A DNA stretch of 64,000 nucleotides from the human T2T-CHM13v2.0 reference genome, Homo sapiens (GCF_009914755.1 NC_060937.1), one strand, 5' to 3'. Shown: positions 1 through 15,590, numbered from the stretch's first letter. Numbers and translations are program-made. Notes: a model not told the origin generated them from the letters alone.

Positions 1-30
1 TTTGGGTGGGGACACAGCCAAATCATATCA
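1..30 (-). mobile_element. End of a THE1/MST MaLR LTR, truncated by the window edge
   Basis: tttgggtggggacacagccaaatcatatca matches the terminal motif of the THE1 LTRs at 33350-33711, 34997-35349 and 59920-60274. Confidence 0.85.
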
Positions 31-1424
31 CCTCCTTCAGAGAACATCTTGCACATTCCTAGCGTAGTCCAGTGACTTTGGGGCCTTTTTATTTTATTGA
101 TCTGTTTCCCCAAGGCTCACTGTTACAGCCACATACAAGAGCACAGGTCCGTGGCTTGATAATTCAGAAATAAGTAAGTCAATCTTTTTAAAAAGTTAAA
201 AGCATGAACGAAAGCACAGAGTCTCAATGGAGAAGGCTGATGATTTTCTGGTGATCATGTCTTGTGTTTATTAAGTAATATCATGGCCATAAATTTGTTC
301 TGAGACATACGAGGTGCAGGAAATATTACACTCCTTCATTCTTGTCAGTCATTTCATACCTGGCCTGGCCCCACCACCAGTGGGGTGGTGGCCATTACTT
401 CTCCCCTTTGAGAGTGACCCATCCCTTGAACAAGAGGCTCTAGGGGTTCCACTGTCCTTCAGGGAAATCCCTGCCCCTGTTCCATTTCCCTAGCCCGCGG
501 CCTCAGGATCCTTGTGGGGTCAAGAGCTGTGCAACCTTTGTGCCAGTCTCTCCCTCAGTAACTCCCCACAGCATTACACTGCATATGCTTTAACATTATG
601 CTAAGTTAAATATGCAAGTCAAAAAAGACAAAAATTATATGATTATGCTCCATCAAGGTCCCACCACCCAAGTCAGTTCCTGCAAGTGGGTGCAGGCCCT
701 GCTTCTCTTCATCCTCCCTGGCTTGGGAAATCCTACTGCTCCATGGATGGGTGCACCTCCCTGCCAACACTCAGAGCCTCCCTCCTCTGGGGTAACCCAG
801 CCCTGGGTATTATAAAGCTAAACTTTTAAAAACAAAGGCCCAATATCCATATGCAAAAGAATGAAGTTAGACCTCTACCTCACATCATAAACAAAAATTA
901 ACTCAAAATGGATCAGTGACTTTAGTGTAAGAACTAAGCCTATGAAACTCTTAAGAGAAGACATAGGGGTAAATCTTCAGGACTTTGGATTTGAGAATAG
1001 ATTCTCAAATAGGGCACCAAAAGCTTGAGAAACAAAAGAAAAAATAGATAAATTGGACTTTATCAAAATTAGAAATGTTTCTATATCAAAGGACAGTCTC
1101 AGGAAAGTGGAAAGACAAATTATAGGATGGGAAAAATGTTTGCAAATCATGTATCTGATAAGAATCTAGTATCCAGAATATATAAACAATTCTTACACTC
1201 ACCAGCAAAAAGGCAAACAATCCAGCTTAAAAATGGGCAAAGGACTTGAATGGACATTTCTCCCAAGAAGATATGCAAATGGCCAAACAGCACATACAAA
1301 GGTGCTAAACATTATTAGTCTTCAGATAAACGAAAATCAAACCTACACGAGATACCACTACACAACCATTAGGATGGCTATAATCATTAAAAACAAAAAA
1401 CAAAAACAAACAAGCAAAAAAGAA

Positions 1425-2176
<752 letters not shown>

Positions 2177-2550
2177 CTACATCATGGATGAACTTTGAGG
2201 ACATTATACTAAGTTAAATATACAAGTCACAAAAGACAAATTTTATATGATTATACTTTTATGAGATAGTAGCCAAATTCATAGAGACAGAAAGTGTAAT
2301 GGTGGTTGCCAGAGCCTGTGGGGAGCGGGGAATGGGGAGTGACTGCTTAACAGGTAGGGAGTTCTCTTTCTGGGTGATGAAATTGCTTGGGGTTTGATAG
2401 AAGTGGTTGTTGCACAGCATCATGACTGTACTAAATGTCACAGAATTGCACACTTAGAAATGGTTAATTCTATCTTATATACATTTCACCTCAATTTTTT
2501 TAAAAAGCTTGTTAATTATCCCTTGGTCTTTGCTTCCAGACTATGTATTC

Positions 2551-2872
<322 letters not shown>

Positions 2873-2984
2873 TAATCTTGTTTTGGAGGTTTTAGGGGAA
2901 TAATAGGAAGCAAATCCTGGTTAATTTCTGAGCGTTGTTTTTTTTTTCTCTAGTCCTCAAATTTTAGAAAGTGCTCTTGTATAT

Positions 2985-3140
2985 ATTATTGCCTTTGAAC
3001 TTCACAACAATCCTAGAGGTAGATAAGGCAGCTGTCATCAACCTAATTCAACATATGAAGAAACTGAGGCTCAGAGACACTCACTGACCTCCCCAAGGTC
3101 ATGCAGACAGAAATTCAAAAACATTCAGACCCCTGTTCTA
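2985..3140 (-). mobile_element. MIR fragment
   Basis: MIR core in reverse: tcacaacaatcct...atgaagaaactgaggctcagaga...ccaaggtca. Confidence 0.8.
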
Positions 3141-5789
3141 AGAACATCCACTGTCAGATCTCCCTGGAGAGCAGGGGTAGGGTTCAGGCTTTCTTATCAC
3201 CATGGATACTTGGGACCACCAAGGATGAGGCTGGGGGCAATTTCCACTGCATTGTTTCTGAGCCTTGTAAAGCCTTCATGACTATTTTAGCTAAACTCAA
3301 CATGTGTACTGAGTGAGGCTGGACCCGCCCATGCTCCCACCCAACCCCATCACCCCACCACCTCAATCATCAGCTCTCAGAGAGGAGCTCTGCTCTGCAT
3401 TTCAAGGGGTCTGCAGGTAGGAGGAGCAAACTGGCTTAAAGCCTGATCTCGCCAGGTAGAGAGTCCTCCTTGTCTTGTCCCCTCTTACCTTGGTCAGGGG
3501 GGACCTGGGTTGGAGAGGTTCTGCCCGCCGGGAGGGTGTTCTCACCCCTGGAGGACCAAGCAGGACCAGGAAGGGTTCAGAAGAAAATAACCTTTGGGGC
3601 TGACTTGGCTCAGCCTTGGCTTAAGTTTCAAGGGGAAGAGGTGAAAGTTTCTACCTTGCACCGTGCAACCATCCAAGAGAGGTCAGCAGATGAAAATTCT
3701 GGGCAAGTAGCAGAATTCAAGATATTTTGTTTCTCCTGCAGGCAGATGGTGGAGGGTGTGTTTAGATCTAGATGAGAATTGGAGGAGAATCTATTATGTG
3801 GCATCACGGAGCACTGATACTGGGATGCCCTCAACGTGGCCTAGACCTTGGGGATTTGGGGCTGGGATGCCCTCAGGAGCTCAGCCTCAGGAATGGGGTC
3901 ACCAAGTGACAGAATATTACCATCATCAAAGCAAATGCACCATCACACAGTGGGGCTGGGGAGGGGAGATGGCAGGCCATGCCAGCCTCTTGGGATGTGG
4001 AATTGGGTGGGGGATGGGGGGCCTGCTGTAGGGTTACATTCAAGCCCAGTGTTGAGGAGTTGGAAGATGGCGATAAGCAAGCTTGCTGATGGGTAGGTGA
4101 ATAATAAGCCTTGCGGTTGAACAAAGGCTGGACCAGGGCCCGTGTGTCCCGTTCCTTCTCCCTGGGAAGTAGGCTCTGTCATCTCCTTCTGCAAATGAAT
4201 CAGTGAGTGAAGAAGTCAAACCCAGGAGCCTGTGTTGTGGGGCAACCTGGCCCACAAACAATCCCAAAGGAAGGTAGTGTATTTTTCTTCTGCCTTTTAT
4301 AGCATTTTCTCTTAGGTTTATTACGGTGGTGAGGATACTGCCAAAAGTCTTGAAAATACTAAAACACAGGGTCATATTTTTAAAGCCAAGCCTTTTTAGA
4401 CCTGGGAAGCAGGGAAGCAAAGATAGAAGGCAGCAGGCTGAAGAAAGCTGTAACAGCTGTCATTAACATAAACAGTGGTCATCAAAGTTATAATATTCCT
4501 GCCACTGACAATAAGAAGATAATACTGAGGGCAGCCTTGGGACATCTGGGAGTCTGGGGTTGCCTTCTAGGTATTATCAGAATTGAGCCATGAAATCAAG
4601 GGATCCTGGCCAAGGCTTCCCGGGAGGGGTGAAACTGGACAGGCCTGGAGGAAAGATATAAAAGAGAAAGCAGGGAAACAAGTGGCCAACACTGCTCTCC
4701 CCTGGCAATTTCTGGCCTGGGCTTTTTCTTGTCCGAGCCTGAACCACTGATTGCTTGGGTGAGAGGGCGGGAGCCTTTCCACAGCCCTGATCGTATCTAA
4801 TGTCTCAATGCCAGAACACACCTTCAACATCTGACCCTAGTGCTAGAGAATGTGATCGGGGGACGTTGGCAGCAGACAGCCTCAGTGCGGCAACCTCACT
4901 TCCATCCATCCGTGTGACTCTCCTGATTTGCCCTGGGGAACTCTGGAACACTTTTGGAGGGTCTCCTGAGATCCATATTAGAAGCTCAATAAAGATCAAC
5001 AAATGTTCTACCAATGTGGATGGCAAATTAGTGCATCACCTTCGTATCCCTCTCAGAAGGTCACAGGATAAATCTGCCATTGCCACGGGTGACCCCTCAG
5101 GCCAGGGGCCCTGGACCACTGCAGGGCCTTCTGTGTCCTCAGAACATCCTCAGGAGGCCAGACCTGGGCTCCATCCAATTTAGACTTGAATTTTTTCCCC
5201 GTGAGAGGAGCATCAGTACACAAGGCATTGTTTCCAGTGGGGGCAAAAGTCTGGCAGTGAGAGAGCCCAAGATGCTCCCTGTTCCCCCTCACCTTGGTGC
5301 AACCAAGAAAGGCCTCTGGGGGCTGGACATGCCTTTGGGGAGTCTGAGGCCACTCCTTCCTCTGACTTCCCTAAATCTTCTGTAAATATTTCCTACTCTC
5401 TTTGCTGTGTGTGGATGGAATTTACTAGGGGGACCTCGAAGAGATGCTGAGTTCTGTGCCCAGGTTGCCATGGAAGAAAAATCAAATTTCGTGCCTGTGG
5501 ATCTAAAGGATGAGGGGCAGCTGAGAGCCAGCTGCGCACAAAAGACCTGGCACAGAGTACGTGTTCAATAAAGGGTGCCTGCGAGCATTTCCTGACACTA
5601 ACCAAGCAAGTGCACTGTGTTTCTGGGCTCCCAGCCAAGGGTCTCTGGTGTCCCTGCATTTTGCTGCAGGAAAGAGACCACAACATAGAGCAAGCAGAAG
5701 CAAAATCAGGGGCCTGGCCTTGGCTCCTGCAGAGGGACTGTTGCCCACTGCTCACAGTAAAAGTGGGCACCACACTCTGACTGTGCAGC

Positions 5790-6050
5790 TTTCATGATGC
5801 CACCTCCTCCAGGCAGGCTGCCCTGAGTTCCCAGAGAACCAGTACATTTTCTCTGACCTTACCACTCCTCTGGAAGGATGCCTGGCTTGTCCGCTGCACC
5901 TCATGGATGGCACTTTTTAATTTATTTTTTGGTTATTTTTATGCTTTCAAAATGTTCACTATTATACTGTCTGCTACTTGCACATCCTTGAGGGTAGAGA
6001 CTTTCTGTTCATCTTTGCATCACTCACAGGCCTAGCTATGTGCTTCTCCC
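5790..6050 (+). mobile_element. L2 3' fragment (degraded)
   Basis: gccacctcctccaggcaggctgccctga ... ccttgagggtagagactttctgttcatctttgcatc resembles the L2 3' end. Confidence 0.55.
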
Positions 6051-6344
6051 CAGGACACACCGCAGACTTTTGTACATGCAAAAAACTTCATTCCCAAAGA
6101 GTTTCCAACAAGGGTTTTAGAAGATTCAGTGCTCAGCCGAAGAGGATGTTCTGTGACCTCGATTTTTGTATGTCTCTCTGAACACAGATGGGCACGAGAG
6201 CGTTGACATGCCGCAGAGGTGGCAAAGGAACTTGTGGTTAGAGGGCCACTGTACCTCACACCCTGCTCTTTAGAGCTTCATAACTAGGGTGACCACATAG
6301 CTTGTGGCCCAAGCCACTGAACATTGAGAGTGAAACGGAGCCAA

Positions 6345-6663
<319 letters not shown>

Positions 6664-6859
6664 CGGAGCCACTCTTAATAGCTAGGCAGGACCACAGACA
6701 TGGCCGGAACCAGGACGGGGCCACACCTCCAGCCTCTGGTCTCCTCCACACACTTTACCAAGCGAGACTCTAACTGCAGCCCTATGGTTTCAAAATTGTT
6801 CTGCAACTACTCTGGCCACTAAACTCAATTAGTATACTGTTTACTAAGAATCGGAATAG

Positions 6860-6922
6860 TGGGGCTAGAAGGGATCTTTACAAATTTCTAATCACCACTG
6901 CAGATGAGGAAACTGAAGCTGA
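6860..6922 (-). mobile_element. MIR core fragment
   Basis: gggctagaagggatcttta...cagatgaggaaactgaagct. Confidence 0.6.
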
Positions 6923-6977
6923 ACTTACTCAAAACTACTTCCTGAAATGCAGGACAGATTTTCTTTAATGCCATTTT

Positions 6978-7290
6978 TTAATCTTTTATATTTTAAAAAA
7001 ATTGTTTTGAAATGGAGTTTGGCTCTTGTTGCTCAGACTGGAGTGCAGTGGCACAATCTTTGCTCACCGCAAACTCTGCCTCGCGGGTTCAAGAGATTCT
7101 CCTGCCTCAGCCTCCTGAGTAGCTGGGATTACAGGCATGCGCCACCACGCCTGGATAATTTTGAACTTTTAGTAGAGATGGGGTTTCTCCACATTGGTCA
7201 GGCTGGTCTTGAATTCCCAACCTCAGGTGATCTGCCCGCCTTGGCCTCCCAAAGTGCTGGGATTACAGGCATGAGCCACCGTGCCCAGCC
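6978..7290 (-). mobile_element. Alu (AluSp-like)
   Basis: Reverse dimer; gctcttgttg and gtttctccac..tggtcagg diagnostics; TSD tttaatgccatttt on both sides. Confidence 0.93.
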
Positions 7291-7891
7291 TTTAATGCCA
7301 TTTTAAAAATGCCTTTCCACAAAATGATTCCTCTTCAACTTATCTCTGCTTCAGATGAGCCAATTGTGATTCATTTGTTCATTCATTCATCAGGTTTAAA
7401 AACATGAACTATGGGATGTCTATGGCAGCACCAGGCAAGCTGATGGCTAAAGAGAGCAGTGGCTGCCTTTCAGGGGACTGCAGTGTCCTGGGAGAGAGAC
7501 TCGGGGAGACTAGGAGATGGCGACGCAAGGGGAAGGGTCGGCAGGAGGTCAGCCTGGGAAGCGGGGCAGGAGCCAGGAAGGGCTGGGCTGCTCCACTGGC
7601 TGCGGGGCAGACAGGGAATGGGGGCCCAGGGGTTTCCCAGAGACATGCTGATGTTTAAGCTGAATTTTTAAAATTGAGCAGGTTTTTAGTTTGTTTAGTT
7701 TTAGTGATAGAGTCTAGATGGGATCTCAGAACCACTCTCCAAAGTCACGAGGAAGGAAAGGACACCTAGAAGTCAGGATTTCCAAAAAGCAAGGGCTATT
7801 AATCCAATTTTAAAAAGATGAAAAGAACATGTTTCAAAACTACATACCAATTGCTGTAATACTGAGCTTTATTTTAGAAATCTAGAAAATG

Positions 7892-8195
7892 GGCCAGGCA
7901 TGGTGGCTCATACCTGTAATCCCAGCAATTCGGGAGGCCGAGGCAGGAAGATTGCTTGAGCCCAGGAGTTTAAGACCAGCCTGGGCAACGTGGCAAATTC
8001 CCGTCTCTACAAAAAATAAAAATATTAGCCAGGCATAGTGGTGCACGCTTGTAGTCCCAGCTACCTGGGAGGCTAAGGCGGGAGGATCACCTGAGCCTGG
8101 GAGGTAGAGGTGGTAGTGAGCTGTGATTATGCCCCTGCACCCCGACCTGGGTGACAGAGCAAGACGCTGTCTCAAAAAAAAAAGAAAAGAAAAAA
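7892..8195 (+). mobile_element. AluJ
   Basis: gattgcttgagcccaggagtt...cctgggcaac; TSD aaatctagaaaatg (7878-7891 / 8196-8209). Confidence 0.94.
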
Positions 8196-8234
8196 AAATC
8201 TAGAAAATGTTGAAGAGATGCTTGGGATTGAATA

Positions 8235-8445
8235 TACAGTCTTTAAAGTCAGATGGACCCTGGGTGTATGTAAGTCTTTTTAGTTCTAAGTCCTTGAGCA
8301 ACTTATTCAAGCTCAGTCCTATTGTCTGTAGACTGGAGATAAAAATATTTATTTCAAGGGGTCATTGTGAGAATTCAATGAAAATGTGAAAAGTGCTTTG
8401 CACAGTGTCTAGCACAGAGTAAATATTCAATAACTATATTATTTT
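8235..8445 (+). mobile_element. MIR
   Basis: MIR core plus 3' tail: ttgtgagaattcaatga...aagtgctttgcacagtgtctagcacagagtaaatattcaataa. Confidence 0.8.
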
Positions 8446-9579
8446 TATTTATAATACAGTGGGATGAGTAATTAGGAACAAATTTGGTTCCCTTAGAATA
8501 TTATACTAATTTAATTTTAATTTCAATTTTGGTAGTTTTATAGCTATACCCATGACGTATCAGGATTTTAGCAGAGTTCTGACAAAATCATCCTTATGCC
8601 ACAAGCAACCATCCTTATGTTTGTGGTGGGAATTCTAGAGGGTGATTAATTGTCTTAGGGAGGCAGAGCGGGGAACCAATCAAGACCAAGTACAGAAGGG
8701 GCCTTTGTTTATATCTTCAATGTGTTATTATTTAAATAATCCCGAGGAAATACGGCAACATGTTGAGGTGGAGAATGCTCACTTCCCACCAGTGGCTTGT
8801 TTTTCTTTCAACAATGACTTTTGCCTTGGAAATTCTGTAGCAGCCTGCAGCCTGCCTAAATCACTCTCGGTTGAAACTGCTCCCTGAACAGTGCTGAATC
8901 TTTTGTGATGGATCATTACAGTTTGAATAATGTTTTAAAATTGGAAATGAGGGTGGTTCTGTGCATAACATCATAGAGCCAGCAGTAGAACTGGGACTGG
9001 AAGCTAAAAGCAGCACGAAGTGTGACATTTACAGCACATCTTGTTGGTTCCTTGCAGGAAAATTCTGTTTCCAAGATTCATACTAAGAGCCACAGACACC
9101 AGAGTGAAAGCCCAAGCCCTGATTTGCCAAAGCCATTTGAGATGTAGAATATTACCTTCCCCAAATCACTGTGAGTGAAGTCTTTCCTCGAATGCAACCA
9201 AGCTTTTCAAGAAACCACTTTTTAAAATGTGACTCTGACATTGTAAAATGGTTATTTTTAAAGTAAAATCAATTTTTAGTTAGTATTTGTGTTGCCAGAC
9301 ACATCAGATTGTTTCTTGGTTTTAGTTTCTTCTTCTTTTTAATGTATAAAATACAGGTTAAGTAGATCTAAATTATGTGAAATATGATACTCACTAGCTG
9401 TTATAAAATCCAAGTATTATTTTATTATAGAGTGAAAAGTCAAGTTAAAAATCTAGTTAATGCCTGGCCTGATTTGATATGCTGAGATAATCCTTTTTTT
9501 TTTTCAATAGGGCTGATATTAGAGGAAATGAGCTTTATACAATGCCTTTGGGGTAGAGTGCACTTACTGTGTAGATAAC

Positions 9580-10058
9580 TGTAACAGCTCACTATTGCTG
9601 CATAACAAGCAACCCCAAAACTCAGAGGCTTAAAAAACATAAACATTTATTCTTATTCATGAGTCTGCAAGTCAGCTGGCAGTTCTGCTGATCTGGGCCA
9701 AGCTTTGCTGACCTTGGCTGGGCTCCCTCAAGCTTCTTTGGTTGGCAGGCAGGTGGGATGGGGCAGGCCAGTTGGTCTAGGATGAGCTCACTTGCATGAC
9801 AGTGGTTGCTTCGCTGCTGGCTGGGGCACTGCGATATAACTGTGTCCCAAGTATTTCACCCAACAGGTTGTCCTGGGCTTGTTATCGCAGCTAGGCAAGG
9901 GTCTAAGAAAGAGAAAGGGGATGAGCAAGACCTCCTGAGAGCTAGGTTCGGTGGTAGCACACCAATTCTGCCTCTTTCTGGTGGCCACCAGTTCTATGAA
10001 AAGAGCAGAGATGCAAGGAGGGAATAATTGAGTCCACTTTTGCAATCAGTTGCACTAC
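9580..10058 (-). mobile_element. MLT1-family MaLR solo LTR
   Basis: Reverse MLT1 3' end: tgtaacagctcactattgctgcataacaagcaaccccaaaactcagaggcttaaaa...catttatt; other end ...cactaca. Confidence 0.8.
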
Positions 10059-10689
10059 AGGAATCATGCCTTGAGGGAGAATGCTTTGACTTGTTCTTCT
10101 TTATTGTTGGGAAAGTCTTTTCTAAATGACCTTCTAATTTCTCTTCTGGTTACATATCGTAGCATATGAAGTGTTTTCTGGGATTTCACCAGTCACAGGG
10201 TGCTGAATCTCCTCACCTCCAAACATGGTTTTAGTAGAACTGAACTTAGAAATGGAAAATGTTATAAAAAATCTCCTGGAAGTGGATTGATTGCTTCCAA
10301 GCAAACACATGCTCTATTGTCTTAACCTCCAACTCTAAAACTGTTTAGTTTTTGATCACTGCTCAAAATCAGATATCATGGGGAACAGTACCTACTGAAA
10401 TGCTTTCATCTACTAAAACTTGAGGTTGAATGAATTTCACTAATCCATTCTCATGAGGAGATTTTAAAGTGAAATTGGAGGAAACCGAGGTATTTGTATA
10501 TGTGGACATGCGCACATTGAGGGAGGGAGTAGAGGATGTGTGCACATGAATACATGTGAGCTGCAGGGGGTGGGATCAGGAACCACCACCAGGGTCAAGA
10601 GAAACCTCACACAACAGGACTATGGGAAGACTGCTGAGGACAAATACAACTTGCTTTGCATTTTTGCTCATCATTCTAGTCCCTGTCCT

Positions 10690-10895
10690 CAGAGTTAAGA
10701 GGACAGATTTTGAAGTCACACAGCCTTGTGTTAAAGTCCAGATTGGGGGTAAGATCCCAAACTTTCTGAACCTTAGCTTTCTTATTTCTAAAATGAAGAT
10801 GAAATGTTTGCCCCATTGGTGTGAGAGTGAGTGAGCTGCTGTACACAAAGCACTAGCATGGTCCCTCCCACAACATGTGCACTCAGCAAGTGGAA
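10690..10895 (+). mobile_element. MIR
   Basis: gttaagaggacagattttgaagtcacacagcct...tttcttatttctaaaatgaagat. Confidence 0.75.
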
Positions 10896-11577
10896 ATTAT
10901 CATAAGCCTTTCAACCTTTTAAGGATTTAATTGCTCCCATGATCTAGTCTAGGCAGAACTGGGAAATGACAAAGGCAGTAAAGAACAATGGAGTGAAAGC
11001 TGGAGACAGACCTCTCCTTCATCCTTCACTGCATCCAACCTCTCCCTTGCCTTGTAGACAGGGGTACCTTGGCATGATCCTGAATGGAGTGGGACTTGTG
11101 TTCTGTTTATGCTGTGACTGGCAAAGGGTAGGTTGTGGGTGTGCTAGATAAGAAAGATACTTCACTCTGGTCCCGTCTCTGGTCCTTGGACTAGCCCTTC
11201 AGAAACGACGGAGAACAGGAATTAAACGTCTCTGCTTGGGGAAATTTCAGACATAAACCCCTGGTCCCCTTCAGGACAATTTTGGGAAGCAGAGATGGAT
11301 TTATATCTAATGTTGTGCACAAGCTCTGCCTGGCAGTTCAGACAGTGCTGCCAGCAGGGTGAGTTTTGCCCACAGGCATGTGGGACATTTGTTCCAAGGC
11401 AATGTCCCTCAGTACTGTGCTAGTCTGCCCTTGCCTCTTGGCTTGTGGGGAGCCCCCAGCAGAACTCCATTCCTCTATTTCAGAATGTGATCCCTAGTTA
11501 CAGGCAACAATCCCTGGGAGGGGACACATTTGGTGCAACAGACACAATTATTGTAAGTAAAGGACAGAATAGCTGCC

Positions 11578-11968
11578 TGTATTAATTTGTTCTCATGCTG
11601 CTATAAAGAACTACCTGAGGCTGGGTAATTTACGAAGAAAAGAGGTTTAATTGACTCACAGTTCCACAGGCTGTACAGGAAGCATGGCTGGGAGGTCTCA
11701 GAAAACTTACAATCATGGTGGAATCCAAAGGGGAAGCAAGCACGTATTCACGTGGTGGCAGGAGAGAAAGAGAGCAGAAGGGGAAATGCTACACACTTTT
11801 AAACCATCAGATCTTGTGATAACTCACTCACCATCACGAGAACAGCAAGGTGGAAAACTGCCCCCACGATTCATGACCTCCCACCAGGTTCCCCCGCTGC
11901 CACCCACAACATTGGGAATTACAATTCAACATGAGATTCAGGTGGGGACACAGAGCCAAACCATATCA
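11578..11968 (-). mobile_element. MSTA-like MaLR solo LTR
   Basis: tgtattaatttgttctcatgctgctataaagaactacctgag...ccaaaccatatca; perfect 5-bp TSD ctgcc (11573-11577 / 11969-11973). Confidence 0.92.
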
Positions 11969-13054
11969 CTGCCCCAGAATCACCAGCAATCTGTGGGGCA
12001 CAGCTTGACAATTACTGAAAAAGTTCATCCCCAAGATTTAGCTGCAAAAGTTTATGATCCTGTCTGGCAGAGTTGCTGGAGCAGCTTCTAGAGGTAATAG
12101 CCCCAGGACTCCCTGAGGGATGTGCTTGATGTCCACCCAATGCCACACCCTGGCATCCATACCCTCCAGGTGAACCTGACTTCTCACAGTGCACTTCCCA
12201 CTCAGGTCTGGAGCAGTTTCACTTTAGCTGGAAACTGGCATCAGAACTGGTCTAACAGGGGCCAACCACATGCCCTTTCACAGACATCGGCAGGGTGGAC
12301 CCACAGACCAGATGCCAGCATTGTTATGAGAACAGCCTCCCTCACCTCCTCCATAACACACACCCGTGCCCCACCCGGAACCTTCCACATAGCTGTCCTG
12401 GTGGCACTGGGCCTGCCATTGAGCTGGCGCAATGAGAGTTGTGAGCACAGGGCAGATCGGGGGTTATTTTTAAACGTCCTTGCTGGGAGGCAGTGGTGAC
12501 CTTAAAGTAGGTTGTCTCTTTTTCTGGCATTTCAGTTTTATTGTAAAAGCATTTGTTTATAGAAACAGAGAATTCTAAGTGGCAAAAGCACACACATTAT
12601 GCAAACGACAGATGTTGGCTATTTCCCCTCTCAGCCAAGGGAAACAGAGGGACCAGCTGTGACACCCTCAGTGGGAGGGGAGCAACCAGTCACCCTGTCT
12701 TGAGAAGGACTGTCCTCATGAAACATGCTCCTCCTGGAACCCGGGGGTCTCAGGGGGATCAGGAGATCTCTGAAGATGGGAAGGGTCCCTCCCAGTCCCT
12801 GCGGACGGAAGTGTTGGTTCTGCTCCTGGGGTGGCACCGTTCACTCTCCGCCAGAAGTTCCCTGCTTGCTGTGTTCCCAGAGAGAGCTGGTGGCGTTTCC
12901 TGCCCTGCCCTAGCTCAAGCGAATCCACTTTGTTCTGTCCCATCCAGATGGAGAAGGTCATCATGAAGGGTCCAATACTGCTCAGAGAGCCAAATATGAT
13001 GGATGCCTGAAGGTCTGTAAGAGTTCTCAGAAGTCAGATCTCTGAAGAAAAAGA

Positions 13055-13180
13055 AAAATCATAAAAATATATTAATATAATAATATCCTAATACATTAAT
13101 TATATAACATATGGTTTAAAATGTATTAAATGAAATAATAAATAATATATTAATATTATACTATTATTAGTATAACATTT
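13055..13180. repeat. AT-rich low-complexity tract
   Basis: Almost entirely A/T with TA/AAT iterations. Confidence 0.8.
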
Positions 13181-13547
13181 CAATGAGCAGTTCTGCAAAA
13201 ATTTATGACATGGCTTATTATGCCAACATTATGTATGCCCGAGATTAGGGGCCCAAAGCCTTCAGTAGCTTACAGTTTAGGGAGAGAGAAAGATGCAAAG
13301 CCAAATCACTTTGATAAAATAGCAGTGCGGCGATGGGGGTGGGTAGGACGGACGAGGTTGGCCTGTGAAGAATGGATAGAGAAGTTTCCTACCACCAGCA
13401 CTGGCTCGAGGTACCGGGCTAGCGAAAGGAGAAGAGACCCTCTAAATAAAGTGGCTAATGCGTGGAGAACCCTCTGAAAGAGTAGCCTTGAAAACATACT
13501 TGATGTTTTGACTCCAGCCGGAAAATCTCTGCTTTAAGGCCCCGACT

Positions 13548-13860
<313 letters not shown>

Positions 13861-13944
13861 GACTCCCATATAAGAACCTGCTTGATTCTCCTGGAGATGT
13901 GTGTCCACAGCATGTGTGCCTCGTTCCATGCCAGCACTTGGCAC

Positions 13945-14087
13945 GCTGTCACTTAGTTTATTTACTCACCTCTCTCTCTCACTAGGTTCAGGCAGTATCC
14001 TGGCCATCCCACTGCGTCCCCAGTGCATGTCATAGTGTTGGTCACATAGTTATTAATCAATAAACGAGTGAGTGACTAAATGAAATG
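13945..14087 (+). mobile_element. L2 3' end fragment
   Basis: cccagtgcatgtcatagtgttggtcacatagtt...caataaacgagtgagtgactaaatgaa. Confidence 0.65.
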
Positions 14088-15389
14088 CCTTAGAGAAGGC
14101 TGAGTTGCTTTTCTACTTTGTTTACTAAGAAACTCTGAGTTCTTTTAGTTTGATTAGAGTGAAAACCCGGATCACTGCTTCCTGTGTTTCAGACCTACTG
14201 CCAGAATTTTATTTTTTCAGGGGCAAAATAAGGAACATAGGGATTTAAATGATTTGTAACACGATTACTACAGCTGTCCACTGAAATCCACTGATCAGAA
14301 AAGCTCACAGTCTCATTGTGTGACTGCAAACAGCCCAAATACCCGCATCCAGCCCTGAGCTTCCTACAAGCTTTTATGCAGATTTTTTTGTTTTTTCCAA
14401 CTTCACGAAGGAAGAGGTGACTCTATCAAGGTAATATGAGAGCCCCATCCCAATTCTTCAGTATTTGAGTTGGAAAAAATCTGCACAGATGACACATTAT
14501 GGAGAGTTAGTGAGATTGGATGGTGAAATCCCTGGGAACACAACACTTTGCTAGAACAATCGGCTCCCACTACTGCACTCTTCTGAGCAAGAATCTCTCC
14601 TACTGCTTTCCTATTATCAGCCTTTTTTCAGGCCCAGACCTCTGGGTCCTGGACCTGCTTTCTGGAGCCACAAACATAAGGAGGTAATAAAAACTGAAAT
14701 GGAAAGCCAATATTTGCAAATATAAAGCGGCATCCTTCCTTATTCTGCCAGAATCATAACGAGCCAGGCACCTGTGCAGAGACCCACTCTCTCATTAAAA
14801 TATGAGCCAAAGTGTTCTGGAAATGATCCTTTTCTTTCTTGAAGAGATTTGTTAAATGAAATATGATTCCAGCAATGTAATTCACTCAACTCTTATTATT
14901 CAAAGATTTCCTGAGCATTATACCAGATACAACAAAGTTATACTATGAATATAGATATCCAAGATGAAATGCTATGCTCTTCCTTCTCCATAAAGAAAAT
15001 AGAGTAAATGAGACTTAAAAAAATTATTTGTATCTATCTATCGGTATATACGGCTGCATACTTCCCTTAAAGAGACAGAATGTAAAGAATTCTCTGGGGA
15101 CATCAGTTAAACTTGCGAGGAGTGTGATGAGCTGTGTATACTTCTGATTGGGTCTGGGCAAACTAAGGGAAGCCTTATAATAATATTTATTGCTTCTTGC
15201 CTTTTTGCCTCACATGATGAAGGACAAAAGATCACCAATTTTCACTTAATTATTTTGGGTTTGCTATTATATATAGAAATTACTCACAAATATTTTTTCT
15301 GCTTTTCTAATATTTAGCTGTATTATTTCTGTCTCATGGTATGCAGCTTTGAGCAGCTGAAGTTAAATAGAAGTGGTATCAGGAGATAC

Positions 15390-15590
15390 ACGGAGACACA
15401 GTTCAGTATTTTGAGTCCCTGGATCGAGTTCAGCTCCCATCTCTCAGCCTTCCTAAGTCACATAGCCACTCAGAGCCTCTGACTCCTCCATGCAAAGTGG
15501 AGGTGATAATGCCTTCCTTATAGATTTTCCTGAGATGTAGTTGCAATATCTGGCATGCACTAGGGGATGAGTAAATGGCAACTATAGTAA
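15390..15590 (+). mobile_element. MIR
   Basis: aagtcacatagccactcagagcctctgactcctccatgcaaagtggaggtgataat (degenerate MIR core). Confidence 0.7.

Noticed and set aside
13405-13423. XhoI-KpnI-NheI cluster suggesting a vector polylinker
   Set aside because: Only 19 bp, with no other vector sequence nearby; consistent with chance in a CpG-rich patch
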